Part shown: positions 22,347 through 35,468 of the stretch, piece after piece
Layout of the letters: each line of letters starts with the position of its first letter
Position numbering within the stretch: the first letter of the stretch is position 1
DNA from: Eledone cirrhosa
Taxonomy: Eukaryota
Direction: 5' to 3'
Length of the DNA stretch: 64,000 nucleotides
NCBI GenBank assembly: GCA_964016885.1
Contig: OZ024744.1
Coordinates: forward strand, 59,458,001 to 59,522,000
Made by a program: the position numbers and the translations under genes
Notes under the pieces: model-generated
Told to the model about the DNA's origin: nothing
The model's input: the letters and a program-made list of their open reading frames with translations, nothing else
The model's database searches: none

Positions 22347-24266
22347 ACAAAGAATCGCAGAAACATGACTGGTGTGGCTGGACTATCAAAAAGCATTTGA
22401 TAGTGTACTTCATGGGTGGATTGTTAAGGCTTAGAGTTAACCAAAGTCCCGCAACCACTGGTAGCTGCTGTTGAACGTCTGGTGACCAAGAACTGGTACA
22501 CCAATTTGATCCTTAGAGGTGAGAAGGAGCAAGTTAAGACTGATAAGATACATTACCAGAAGGGCAACTTTCAGGGTGATAGCTTGTCAGTGCTACTCTT
22601 CGTTCTCTCACTAAATCCACTATCTTACCTACTCAGGAAACAAGGTGGACAAAGAAGTGGGTCCAGAAATATCTCCCATCTTTTCTTTGTTGATGATCTG
22701 AAGTTGTATGGGCCAAATATCAATGACATCAAGAAACAATTGGACCTCATTACACAATACAGACATCAAAATGAAATTTGGTGAGTTCAAGTGTGCATAT
22801 TTGGCAGTAAAACGTGGAAGAGCTGTGCCCTCCTCTAGAAATCTAGAGATGAACGGCCTGACAATACAACCTGTACAGTCAGGTGACAACTACAGATATC
22901 TTGGACAGGATGAGAATGTCAGATATGATGGACCCATAAATAAGGAGAGAACCAGAACTGAATACCTCAGAAGATTAAAGAAAATATGGTCATCAGAACT
23001 GTCAACGTACAACAAATACATTGCCCACAATACCTATGCTGTGCCAATTCTAACGCCAACATTTGGCCTGCTGAACTGGTCATTGCAAGAACTAAGTGAG
23101 ATGGATGTTAGAACTCGCAAACCTCTCAGTGTTACTGGGAACTTTAACATCAATGGTGATGTGGATAGGCTATACTTCTCACGCAAGGAAGGTGGCCGGG
23201 GTCTAAAATCCATATTAACATCATATGAGACCCGGATAGTAACACTGAAGCAACATCTTCAACAGAGAAAAAAGGTTGGCAACCATCTTTTTCAGGTTTA
23301 TGAGCATGAAAAAAAAAATATCATTAGAATAGCCACTGATCTGGAGGAGAGGTAAAGCCTGATATAAATCTCTCACCCAGAGAAATCGGAAGATCCTATT
23401 CAATGTTCAAACAGGATGAAAAAATTTACCAATTTACATAAAAAGTTGTGCATGGATACTTGAGACGTAAAACACAGACCATAGAGGGGATAAACCACTC
23501 AAAAAGCCTGGCATGGAGTTCCGACAAGTTTATGACATCACACCAAGTTTATGACTCCCTACCAAATATCTGCTGCACAAAAGAGGAGGGCCAGCAGCTG
23601 ACAATAAATGCAGGCTATGTAAAACAAAGATCGAGGATGTAAGCCACATTGTTGCCAGCTGCCAAAGAATGTCATCTCGCTACTACCTCCCCATGAGACA
23701 CGATGGGATAGCTAGAACCATCTGGAACGCACTTCGGAAAACAAAATTAACAACAAACGAGGAAGAATATATTGAGACAGATGGCACTAAGGAATACTGG
23801 TGGAACCTGAAAATAAAAACTGCCACCAAATTAAAGCACAACCGGCCTGATATTGTTGTTTGGGACCACACATTGAAAACGTGTTCTGTTGTGAAGATCA
23901 GCTGCCCACTTGATGTAAACGTTGTCAGAAAAATACAGGCGGAGATAATTTACGGACCATTGATGAGGAGTTTACAAATCCAGTATCCAAGATACACCTT
24001 TAGCTTCATACCCATCATTATTGGAGCTACGGGTTATATACCAACCCGCTTGGACCAAAGTATGACTGAACTTGGATTTGCGGACAAAGAGCGCAGCTCC
24101 CTAATTCATAGTCTACAAACGGCTGCGATAGCTGGCACCTTCAAAATTTGCAAAACATTCTTGCGATTCAAGGGATGACAATTTCTTTTCTTTTACAACC
24201 TTGCCACCATGGAGGTGGCCGGTCAAAAAAATATACTCGAAAAAAAGAGAAAGAGAAAGAGATAAT
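22347..24266 (+). mobile_element. 5'-truncated R4/Dong-like RLE non-LTR retrotransposon (frameshifted)
   Basis: WLDYQKAFDSV, GNFQGDSLS, HLFFVDDLKLY, GGRGL, CRLC..H...C, RHD, RPDIVV, ISCP. Confidence 0.9.
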
Positions 24267-24289
24267 ATACATACAGACAGACAGACATG

Positions 24290-24918
24290 ATGGCTCCACA
24301 CTCGTGTTCGAGTATTGCCATCGCCCGATAAAATGCTAAAAAATGTGAGGCACGAATGTGGATCTTTAAACCAGCCAGAGACTTGCACTCTCTGGCATAC
24401 ACATGGCAACTGTAGGCTCCTCCGGGACTTTCCATTGCTTCGTTCTGGTTGTGTGTTCTCATGTGACTTTTGAGACCTCCCATGCTAACACATTCCTTAC
24501 ACCTTTTCAGATCATAATCTACATGAGGTCTACTGATATGACTTTGTTCGTGTCTAGTCAAACCAGCTTTACTCAGGCAGACTCGACCAGAGTACTGGCA
24601 TACCAGATGATGTTCAACAGCAGGCAGTTCAGAACAGTCTCTTTACCTCACCTTTTTTGTCAGTGTTAGGTGTTCTCTTCGACGAGTTTTAAAGTGTCCA
24701 CTACCTGACTTGATCAAACGTCTCCACTTCCCACACTCCCCAGTTATTTTCTCTCATTCGTCAGACGAAATTCCAGCACAAGCCAAGGTGCCTCTGACAC
24801 AGTCCCGGCACTGCATTTTTGGTTTGTGTGGTGGTCGCCTTCCTTCGCACAGTTCACCGTAGAGAAGTTGGACCACGTGTCCGCACCACCCCAACCGATG
24901 CCGAAAGATCATGCTCTC
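24290..24918 (-). mobile_element. RTE-clade LINE 3' end
   Basis: LGWCGHVV, LLYGELCEGRR, C-terminal C2H2-like CHVYARECKSLAGLKIHIRA. Confidence 0.8.
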
Positions 24919-25174
24919 TATGTATGTATGTATGTTCATCACTGATGATGAACATACATACATACATACATACATTTACATAGTCATTTTTACCAGTAGT
25001 TATACATATGCCTACTACAGGCCCGATCCATATACGTTCTACATGCCTGGCTTATCATTGGCCCAAAACTGAAGTAGATTCTCGTAAGCATCTATACTTG
25101 TTTTATAATGAATGTCTTTTTAAATCGACTACTTTCTTCCCATTCGAAGGAGGTAGATCCATTCTCTGAGACGA

Positions 25175-25660
25175 CACATTCTCTGCTTCCGACTTAGTCG
25201 CTTCGGCCACAAACTCCAGCATTGGAGCCTGCATTGCAGAGGAAAGGAAGATAACCCCAAACCGGAAATTGTTTGGCCGCTGCATCTTCGCACTGGTCGC
25301 CGTCGAGACCTCAGGCGTACTCGAACCCCATGCTGCAAGGCACCAACGCAAGACTGGAACGTCAGTAGTCCGTCTGAGGAAGAGCCCTGCGAGGTGGGGT
25401 GGCTATTGAAGTGGGTGTCGCTAGCTATTGTCCGTGGGAATGCTTTTGTGGTCTTGTCCGCGGCACGCAGACCCAATACCACCGCGCCTATCACCCTCCC
25501 CTATCCCCTTCCTAATTTTTCCGTGACACTAGAGCCCTTGCCATTCCCTTCCTTTTCCGTTTTCATAACCACAAAAGATACTTAGATATTTAATATAACT
25601 CTACTTTGTGTAGTTAGTACTGTTTTATTTGCTTATATATGTTATTTCTCTTATATATTC
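25175..25660 (+). mobile_element. CRE-clade non-LTR 3' fragment
   Basis: FALVAVETSGVL..WLLKWVSLAIVRGNAFVVL. Confidence 0.65.
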
Positions 25661-25734
25661 CTTTACACATTTTCTGAAATACACCATCTTCCCTTTCTTC
25701 TCCATAGTTAACTGATATTTACTTTCATCAACCT

Positions 25735-26655
25735 CAGAAGAGTTTAAAGCAAAGTTGATCACGGCAGGATTTGGACACAGACCGTAAAGATCTGCAATTA
25801 AATATCGTAAAATATTTTGTACACTCTAACCATTCTGTCAATCGAACATCTTCAATAATTTATAAAATAAACATAAATCTAGCAATTTGGGTGGAAGGAC
25901 AGTCATTAAATCCGGAAAGGATGAAAGTTGACCACGATGGGATTTAAACTCAGAACGTAAAGACCTAGAACAAATATTATGCATTGTTCGTCCAATGCTC
26001 TGCCAATTCAGCTAACCTGCTGCTCTATTTTAAAATTAATTCTTTCTAATATAGCTACAAGGCCTGCAATTTGGGGGAAGAGGAAAGTCGATTAAATCAA
26101 CCCCAGTGCATTACTGGTACTATATTTCATTGATTCCGGAAGGATGAAAAACAAAGTTAACCTCGGTGGGATTTGAAATCAGAACGTAGGAAGTTGTAAC
26201 TAATTGCCACAAATCATTTTATCAGATACTGCTAATCCACCGCCCTTATTTTTATATTAAGGGTTTCTGGTTTAGACCCAATCCTATCAATTTTGGAGAA
26301 GGGTAAAGTTGATTACCTTACAGGTACTTTATTTCATCGACCCCGAAACGATGAAGGGTAAAGCTAACCTCGGCGGAATTTGAATTCTGAACGTAAATGG
26401 ACGTAACTATATGCCGCAAAGCATGGTGTCTCACGCTCTATTGATACTGCCAATCCACCGCCCTTTTAATACTAATAATGTTTCTACTTTTGGCACAAGG
26501 CCAGCAATTACACCAGTGAATTACTGGTGCTTTATTTTATCAACCCCGTAAGGATGAAAAGTAAAGTTAACATCAGCGGGATTTAAACTCAGAACGTAAA
26601 GGCCCGTAATTATGCTGCAAAGCATGGCGTCTGACACTCTACCGATACTACTATA
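25735..26655 (-). mobile_element. Cluster of about five same-orientation tRNA-derived SINE copies
   Basis: Repeated (GGATGAAA)..AAAGTT(G/A)ACC..GGATTT(G/A)AA.TCAGAACGTA blocks at ~25750, 25920, 26140, 26350, 26550. Confidence 0.85.
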
Positions 26656-26921
26656 ATAATTTCTAGCATTGCCACAGCGCCAGACAAATCAAAGGGGAGT
26701 GGTATAATCGATTACATTGGGCACACATTACTTAAATGACACGTTACTTCATTGATCTTGCCCCTTCTCACCAATTGCCCAAAAGGATGAAATATAAAGT
26801 GAATACAAGGTACGCAACTAAGTGCTGCCACCTCTACCGATATTACAATCCAAATGCATGTATGTACAATGTGTATATATGTTATACACACACACAGACA
26901 CACAGACACACATATATACAT

Positions 26922-27256
26922 ATAATAAATTGTAGTTTGCCTGAAGCATTGTAGAATAAGATATACAAATTTAACTAGGAAATAAGTTTAAATATTTGGA
27001 AGCCCGACTACCAGCCACCAACAACTCTTCTCAATTTGCTCTCTAAACTCCTACCCACGAATTCACTCGATAATGGATGGTAAATCAGAAAGTATATGAG
27101 ATCAATAAAATTGCTAAGGTAAAATTCTACCGTTCTCATTCTTTTCTCAGTCCTTTTATACTATTTTCTCTAATTTCTATTACCTTAGCACTTATAATCT
27201 CACACGCAGTGTCGGGCTTCCAAATAGTTAAACTTATTTCCTAGTTAAATTTGTGT
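26922..27256. mobile_element. Fold-back PLE-type end (arms ~26963-27009 and 27211-27256)
   Basis: ACAAATTTAACTAGGAAATAAGTTTAA..GGAAGCCCGAC inverted; (TA)n flanks. Confidence 0.65.
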
Positions 27257-27258
27257 GA

Positions 27259-27319
<61 letters not shown>

Positions 27320-27416
27320 AGGTGTGTTTTATTGTAGCACAATAAAGCAATGCAAATATGTTGATTTAAAACTCCACTGCTCACAGGTGTTCTTTAAGCT
27401 TCATATCATGTTTCCC

Positions 27417-27487
27417 TATTTCATCTGATGAGAACGCAGATATCATCCCATGATGATATTTGTTTTTGAAATGCGCATAATAAAATA
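27417..27487 (+). ncRNA. Type I HHR in TA-flanked element (~27317-27525)
   Basis: TATTTCAT-CTGATGA-gaacgcagatatcatc ccat gatgatatttgttttt-GAAAT-GCGC-ATA|ATAAAATA. Confidence 0.8.
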
Positions 27488-28127
27488 CTTGAACTTTTTT
27501 AACCATCTTCTGATCTTATATTATATATATATATATATGCACATAGACACACACATACACATACACACACATATATGTAGCTCGGGGGAAACTTTTCTTG
27601 AAGAAGCTTGGCGAGATTACATGCTGAAATCGCCTGAGCTCGAGGTCAGATTTTTACTTCATTCATATATATATATATATATATATACCATATATGTACA
27701 TATATATATAAGCATACAGTTGTATACAAATACGTTGACATTGCTGCTTCATTTTATATTTAATGACACCGTTTATGTTTATAAATATTTTTTATTTTCA
27801 TTCTACACGTAAGTCTAACATTTATTTAGCATATTTGTATAAGAAAGAAACCCATTATAATTAATTCCAAAATTAAACGTAAATGTATGACAAAAATATA
27901 CAATAAAAGAAAAACTATGAATCACCTCTCGCTCCCTCCACACCTAAACTAAAGAAAGTAAATATATAACAAAGAAGGTGTGGTAAGATACCAGGTGGAC
28001 CATAACGCACCAGAGTACTCAATACTTAGGGTAGTAGAGTGGGTAATAGGAAAAGAGTCAGGACTCCCGACAGTTTCGACAGCTAGATCCGAACTAAGCC
28101 AGCAGTATTAGGACGGCGTGAATCTAG

Positions 28128-28201
<74 letters not shown>

Positions 28202-28239
28202 GGACGAGGTGTTAAATTTCCATTACATTTATTGAGGTG

Positions 28240-28325
28240 TGACGCACGTTTCGCGATTGATCAGCTCAAGGTTCGATATGTATCGATCGGGCCCGACTTT
28301 GTAATCAAAAGCTCATCGGACTTCT
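28240..28325 (-). ncRNA. HHR variant (U4>C) in TA-flanked element
   Basis: CCGATGA-gc..gc-GAAAC-GTGC-GTC|AC. Confidence 0.55.
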
Positions 28326-28337
28326 GTTATCGTAATG

Positions 28338-28368
<31 letters not shown>

Positions 28369-28785
28369 TGTTTAGGATGTGATTTTTTTCTCTGTATACA
28401 TTTTGTATTAATGAAGTGGGTTTCCTTAATTTTGGTGTTGAGGGGACGTGAGTTAAATTATTATTTTTAAAAAAATTGTACAAGGTTTCAAACAGCTGCA
28501 TAATATTAGTAGTGTAAGTGGTAGTTTTATTTTCTGCCTTGTCATATGTAAAATTATTGTTGTATGATTTTTCTCTGGAATACAATATTTTACGCATCTA
28601 ATCTCCATTGAAATCCATTATAGCTATATATATATATATATATATATATTAAAATAACAGATTAAGTTTAAGCAAAGAATCGCTGCTTTCACCCTTAACG
28701 GGATCTTTTGGATTTAAGTCTTCGCATTTATTATTATTACTATATATATATATATAGTTATGTAATAAACAACATAAGATAATTA

Positions 28786-28846
28786 TTTCATTTACCAGTG
28801 GTTTCTTGAAAGCAAACTAAATTTGCTTTCAGTCATCAGAATGAAA
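28786..28846 (-). ncRNA. Type I HHR, family C second copy
   Basis: TTTCATT-CTGATGA-ctgaaagcaaa tttag tttgctttcaa-GAAACC-ACT-GGTA|AATGAAA. Confidence 0.85.
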
Positions 28847-28915
28847 AAATCCTGGTGTATTTATTGACAGTGGATTTTAAAAACAAAAATATAATCTATA
28901 TGAAAGTGAGGCTGG

Positions 28916-28952
<37 letters not shown>

Positions 28953-29029
28953 TATTTACACATTATATGTATGTGTGTGTGTATGTATGTATTATGTATA
29001 TACAAAGATATATCTGTATATATACTGGG

Positions 29030-29310
29030 TGGGTAAACAAAACTGCACCAGTATGTACGCATTTTAATATAAAGACATGTAAACATGCCAGAAATACGAA
29101 TTTTTGCTGTAAATTAAAGAAAGGATAAACATATTTGATTGATTTTCAGGCCTAGTTCATCAGAAAGTATGCATATCAACTAATCGACCACAAGGATACA
29201 CGTATTTGACGGGCTATATACCGATTTGGTCTTAGTAGTATTCTGAAATGGACGTACAAATTTACAAATAATTTACCTTCGTGTTTGTAGTTAATTAGAT
29301 TATATTCAGA
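29030..29310 (-). mobile_element. Dispersed repeat (second copy ~54160-54430) with degenerate HHR core
   Basis: Shared AACATGCCAGAAA.TACGAAT..TATTCTGAAATGG; CTGATGA-actaggcct-GAAA at ~29143-29163 (-). Confidence 0.5.
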
Positions 29311-29496
29311 CTTTCTAATGAAGACCCAACTATGACCAAAATTGTACATATGCATACACTAAAAAAAATGTATGTATTTATATATACACTGGCGCAGTCT
29401 CGGATATTCACTTTCTATATATACAGATACAGCTTTATCGTATATATAAATGCATGCATGTATGTATATACACACATATGTATATATATATATAAA

Positions 29497-29546
<50 letters not shown>

Positions 29547-29553
<7 letters not shown>

Positions 29554-29950
29554 GAAATAAAATAACAGGAGGCTTCTCGGCCAGTCACCCTCAAAGGGCG
29601 ACTGGCCGAGAAGCTAGTTGGTCAGTCGTCCTCTCTGTCTCTGATTTTTCGGACCCATGGTTTTTTACATATTCCTTTGTTATATTCCAATACCTGATGA
29701 TATCACCGGATTCATATGGAACCCGGTCATTGAAATGATCATAGTATAATAAACGTTTCAAGGATTTACACCAGTCCAGCCTCCTGTTATTTTATTTCAT
29801 TTATAATTAACTCAGTATTCGCACCACCAACTACACAAACGAAGATGGGTGAACTGCACTGCGTTGAGTACTCTTCACAATATTACACCAGGATTGACCA
29901 TACGGAATGACCAGGTCTATCCATGGTGAACCAACAAACCTAAAGATATA
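29547..29950 (+). mobile_element. Fold-back mini PLE (arms ~29547-29574 and 29778-29805, then tail) with HHR 29690-29747
   Basis: ATAC-CTGATGA-..accgg..ccggt..-GAAAT-GATC-ATA|GTAT; extra hairpin 29572-29614. Confidence 0.8.
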
Positions 29951-30707
29951 TAGAAACACACATACATACATATACACACACATACATACAAATATATGTG
30001 TATGTGTGGGTGTGGGTGTGTGTATGTACTTGTATATATATATATATATACGGGATAACAGATTATTGTTATAGGTAGTCCACTTAGGGTACTCCGAGTA
30101 GTGGATGGTATCAACGCTTGGCTAAGTTTGACTCAACAAGGCGTTTCCATAGTGATGCTGCGACTACGCGGAGATTTCTATGTTGTTTACACTTGGAGTA
30201 ATGGTAAATCAAGAAAGAAGAGTGACATGGTTTGCTATACAATAAGGGCTTTAATCACATTGCTGACAATTGTTTCTCTGAACTGATAGGTTTAGAGATC
30301 GCTACCCGCTTGTTTCTGCGTCGATCACCAATACATAGTTATAACCAGTCATTTCATCAGAGCTTGCGAGAATGAAGGGAATACACAGGCATGGCTTCTA
30401 CATATAGTAGTGGCAATAAATCAGAACAATAATAACAATACTAACAATAAATTAGTTGAAATAATCACATCAATCTAAGTAAGACATAGAGTATACTTAT
30501 GACTTTAGCATGTAAAACGAGCTGATATGAGGCAGATGTATGATATTGACATGTAAAAGCTGTCATGGGGTGTATTATATATATAGTGTAGAGATAAGCC
30601 GGGGCTTTAAACAATGTACCATTTCCTTTACCGTAGGTTTGCTGACCGTAAGAATTATTTATTATCTGACAGATAAAATACTTTCAAAAATACAGACCCA
30701 CATATAT

Positions 30708-31128
30708 ATATATTGGTAAAAGGAAAAGAAAATGCTGACAAATTGTTCCCAGTGAAAAATAGTTTAATTAGGAATAAGTATAAATTAGTAATAAGTATTG
30801 GTTAGTATTCAGTTTTGGCTTTAAGTTTTTACCGGTTGCGCATTTCTAATGCTTTTCAAAAATGATTTTGAGATAGAGCGCCCGTGATGTTTGCTCTAAT
30901 CTGATTAGAGCAAACATCACGGGCGCTCTATCTCAAAATTATTTTTGAAAAGCATTAGAAATGCGCAACCGGTAAAAACTTAAAGCCAAAACTGAATACT
31001 AACCAATACTTATTACTAATTTATACTTATTCCTAATTAAACTATTTTTCACTGGGAACAATTTGTCAGCATTTTCTTTTCCTTTTACCAATATATCATA
31101 ACTCGTGTTACACCTCTATTCTTTTAAA
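30708..31128 (+). mobile_element. Near-perfect 194-bp hairpin (1-nt loop at 30902) plus tail; PLE-type end with mutated HHR
   Basis: Arms 30708-30901 and 30903-31096; TTGAAAA-gcatt aga aatgc-GCAA-CCGGTA. Confidence 0.85.
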
Positions 31129-31589
31129 TATATATATATATATATTATATATATGTGGGTGTGAATTTTCGTAAGCTTATATATATATCCTCTATGTATT
31201 TGTCTTGTTACGTGTGTGTTTTGCGCGTTTGTATATATATTGTGGCAGAGTGTGAATCGGTATTTGTGTATATATGTGTGTGCGTACATCCCTTTTGAGT
31301 GTGTGTGTGTGTATGTGTGTTTCTGTATGTGTACAATTTTATTTTATTTTACTTTTCACTTTATTAAATATTAAAAAACAACATTCAATGGAAGAATTCA
31401 CAAATACATCTTTCAAGAACTTTAATCTGTGAAATTGAAAATTCTTATTCATACAGTTTTAAAAAGAATTTTAGTTTAAAAAAATAAACAACAAAGAAAC
31501 AAACAAACAAATAAAACGAAAAATCATTAAAAGAAATAAAAAATAATCCAAATAATCCTTTTGGGTGTTTCTTCTTTTTTAAATAACCC

Positions 31590-31979
31590 TCATATATATA
31601 TATGCATATATATATACATATATGTATAATATATGTATTATATATATGTATATATATATTATACACACACATATATATGTATTATATATATGTATATATA
31701 TATTATACACACACATATATATATATATGTATATATATATTATACACACACATATATATATATGTATATATATATACATATACATAGATATATACACATA
31801 CATATATATATATACTTATACATATCTATATATACATATTACGAATACACATATATATATGTATATACATACACATATATATATATATACACTTATATAC
31901 ATACACACATGTATATATATATTTATACATATACATTTATATATATATGTATATATATATATATACACACATATATATG

Positions 31980-32011
<32 letters not shown>

Positions 32012-32012
32012 T
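31590..32012. repeat. Compound (TA)/(CA) microsatellite
   Basis: Directly visible. Confidence 0.9.
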
Positions 32013-32439
32013 TAATACATTAACAGAGAAAGCTTTAAGCAATACTCCGACCGGCTTCCGTCTCACTCAACAAACATTAGGATATACCTTAGTATAATCC
32101 CAGTTATACGTTTGGGGTGCTAACTATATGTATTTTGCGGATAGCATATATATGAATATATTTCGATGTTTAAAGAATCAAAGAAACAACGAACAATATC
32201 GAAGAAGCAAAATCAGGAATATGTAATAATTATTTATCAATTGAATAGAATTAAGATTAAGTGAGTTATGCTACGAACGGAATAAATATTTTTGTGTAGA
32301 GATGTACAGAGCCGTTTCTTAAGAGAATCCTTCCGGAAACTTCTGTGGATATTTCTCTCTCTTTTCAATACATTGGCGTTGCATGTGGCAGATAGTATCA
32401 GTAATAAAAATATTAATGGAAACATTATTACTTTGGTCC

Positions 32440-32690
32440 GATCTGATGATCGGCTCCTTTCTTTCTGAGATTAACTGGACATGGTCACCGACATTGCACT
32501 CAGTGCTCCTGTGGGAGCCCCTACATGGACACACTGGAAGAGGAAGACCAAGGTTAATGTATGTTGATGCCCTAAGGATAGACACTGGCCTGTTGGAGAC
32601 GCAGGACTTGGCAGTGATAATGAGGGACAGAGACCGCTGGAGAGAACTCGTCCATGGATCTCGGGAATTTTACCCGCCCTAGATGATAGA
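32440..32690 (+). mobile_element. RTE/RTEX-like LINE 3' fragment
   Basis: VLLWEPLHGHTGRGRPRLMYVDAL..MRDRDRWRELV. Confidence 0.75.
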
Positions 32691-35254
32691 TATAATACAT
32701 AATATATATGATATATATATATGTAATATTTCATACATATATATATAATAATAAATAATATATATATATGTAATATATAATACATATATATATATAACTT
32801 TGATAACTTTCGGCCAGTATTAGCCCAGGCCATGTCTAACTTAATAGCACCACCTGGTGCTAATAAATATATAATATATAAATATATATATATAAATAAA
32901 TAAATATAAATATATATATATAAATAAATATAAATATATATATATAGTGCCATATCTGCTTAGAGTTGGGACCGACAAAGCATTTTAGCAATGGAAAAAA
33001 AACCAATGGAAATATTGTCTCCTTGTTTCGCTCTTAATGATCGGCTCCTTTTCTTTCTTTTTTAATATACAAATATTTTGATTCTACCAATGCTGTTAAC
33101 ATGGAGCAATTATTGCCACTGTTATCTTCCGGATTATGTCATACTAAATTTGTGGATTATTATAATCATAATTATTATTATTGTTGTTATTATTATTGCT
33201 GGCCTTGTGCCTAAAGTAGAAACAATTATTATTATTATTGTTGTTGTTGAAAAATATGCTTTGAAATTCAGCACAGTCGTGTAGATATATGTTTTTTTAT
33301 GGGGGAAAGCTTTTTTTCAAAATTTTCGGGAGTTGGTCCCCATGTTATCAACTTCGTCTTATGTGTGGGGGAAGGGAATTATTTAACCCGGCATTAATAT
33401 TTTATGTCTTTATTGTTATTGTTATTATTATTGTTTAATACTTCATTTATTTAATCATTTTAAGAGAAAATATGTGCATGCATTCAAACAAATAAGTCAA
33501 AACTTCTTTAAGAAAGTTCAAAATTCTTTGATTCAACCTCCGCGTCTTTAAGATATTCGAATATTTTGGCAAAAAAACAACATCAAATTATGACACACAT
33601 TAAAATATAATATAATTAAATAACACGGAATCCTATTATTTTTTATATAACATTTTGTGGTTGCCCTAAAAACCTGGAGTGAATGAGGGTTAACTGGAGC
33701 TGGGAGGAACTTGAAGAGGCTGATGTGGTTAACGCAACGTTCAGATCTGATCCATTGTAGCAAATTAATTGTTTATTCTTTATTAAGCGAGTGGTCAGTC
33801 GTAGAAAGAAGAAGTAGGACGTAGTAATTTGCGGCGAATGTGAGGCATACTGTATAGTTGACGGGAGCAGTAGAAGTGATGATTGAATTGGTTGGGTTAA
33901 AATAAGGTTAAAATCTGTTCCAAACTCGGAGGTTCACAGGCTGGAGCTTATTCCAGTTCTATTGGGGCCAAAAACTAGGTTTGTCAGTTTCCTAAATTGT
34001 AAGTTAAAATTATTTTATTTGGGAGAATGGGCCGCACATCGTAGACTAAATAATCGCAAGGTTAGTCTCCAACTGCTCTTGTTGATACACATTCTCAGGT
34101 GAGTTGATTGGAGTAGCGTAAAATGAAGTGTGTTGTTCAAGAACACTACGAGCCATCTCAAAACATTGAAGCGATGACATAACGATCGTAAACTCTATAC
34201 CTTAACCATTAACTTATGCGTTTTCTATTTTTGATTCTGATTTAAATAGCGATAGTGTACATTTAGGTATTCAGAAGCAGACGCCGCAGTAGTAACAGGT
34301 TGATGGAGGAGGAGCTTTGTGTTGTGGTGAAAAATATCGATAAAGCAGTAGTTGTGACTGTGGTATAGTTTTTCCTTTGACATGATCTCTTGAACATCCT
34401 TTCATGATATCATATCGGAGAACTTCATCACAAAGTCTATCTAAATCTTTTCTTTACCCTCTCTTGATCTTTCTAACTGGTTAGCTAGCGAGCTATCTGT
34501 CTACCTATCTATCTATCTCCTGATGTGTTGTCACCTGCACACTTACTCCACCCATTGATGTTATTATTTAGCATTATACATAAATACATATATATGTGCG
34601 TGTGTGTATGTGAGTGCATATATATATATATATGTGTGGGTGTGGGTGTGTGTGTGTGCGCGTGTGTGTGTAAACAACAGAGTTACATGTTTTGTCGGTC
34701 CTCAAGTATTTATATAAGTTTCTTTTGCTTTTGTTGCCATGAATTTTATTAGAATGGAACTGAAATATCTTATAAGTTGAACAACGTTATTTAATCAAAA
34801 GAGTTTTGCTTTTTCCAATATAAACACGAAAGCTACCCTCGGCCAAGCATGTGTAAGGTGTGTTTTTGCAGTCACCTATGCATATCAGTTTCCACTCTGT
34901 TGTCTAATGGAAAGGCAAAAGCTTGGCAGCAGTATCACTGCAACAATTTTTCCCCAGTTGAGTAGATTGGAGCAACGTGAAATGTCTTGATCAAAGACAC
35001 AATGCGCCGCTTGAGCTGCAGGGAATCAATTCACGGCTCTCACATCGCTAGCCAAACACCCAAACCACTTAACCACAAACATTCACGCTATAGATAGATC
35101 GTTTATTTTACTCATTTTATTACTTGAGAATCGGCAAAATATTTGAACTCGGAGCCGCAGTATGTGAAGTTTCAGCTTAAAATGTATTTATAATATAATT
35201 CGGCTTCGTTGAATCGAGTTCTTGTTTTTCTCTCGATATATATATATATATGTG

Positions 35255-35327
<73 letters not shown>

Positions 35328-35468
35328 ACATATTTCTTTGTACACACATACATATACACACACACATGTTCATTTTACTGCACACCGTTCTTCGCTTTGT
35401 TTTGTTATCCACATCATCTCTTCGCCACCTCTTCCATCACACCACAACCTCTTCAATCTAGTGTCTCT

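Noticed and set aside
30295-30370. CTGATGA..GAAAC..GTA on minus strand (similar weak cores ~32800, ~44290, ~57710)
   Set aside because: Stems I/II do not pair convincingly; possibly decayed HHRs but not supportable
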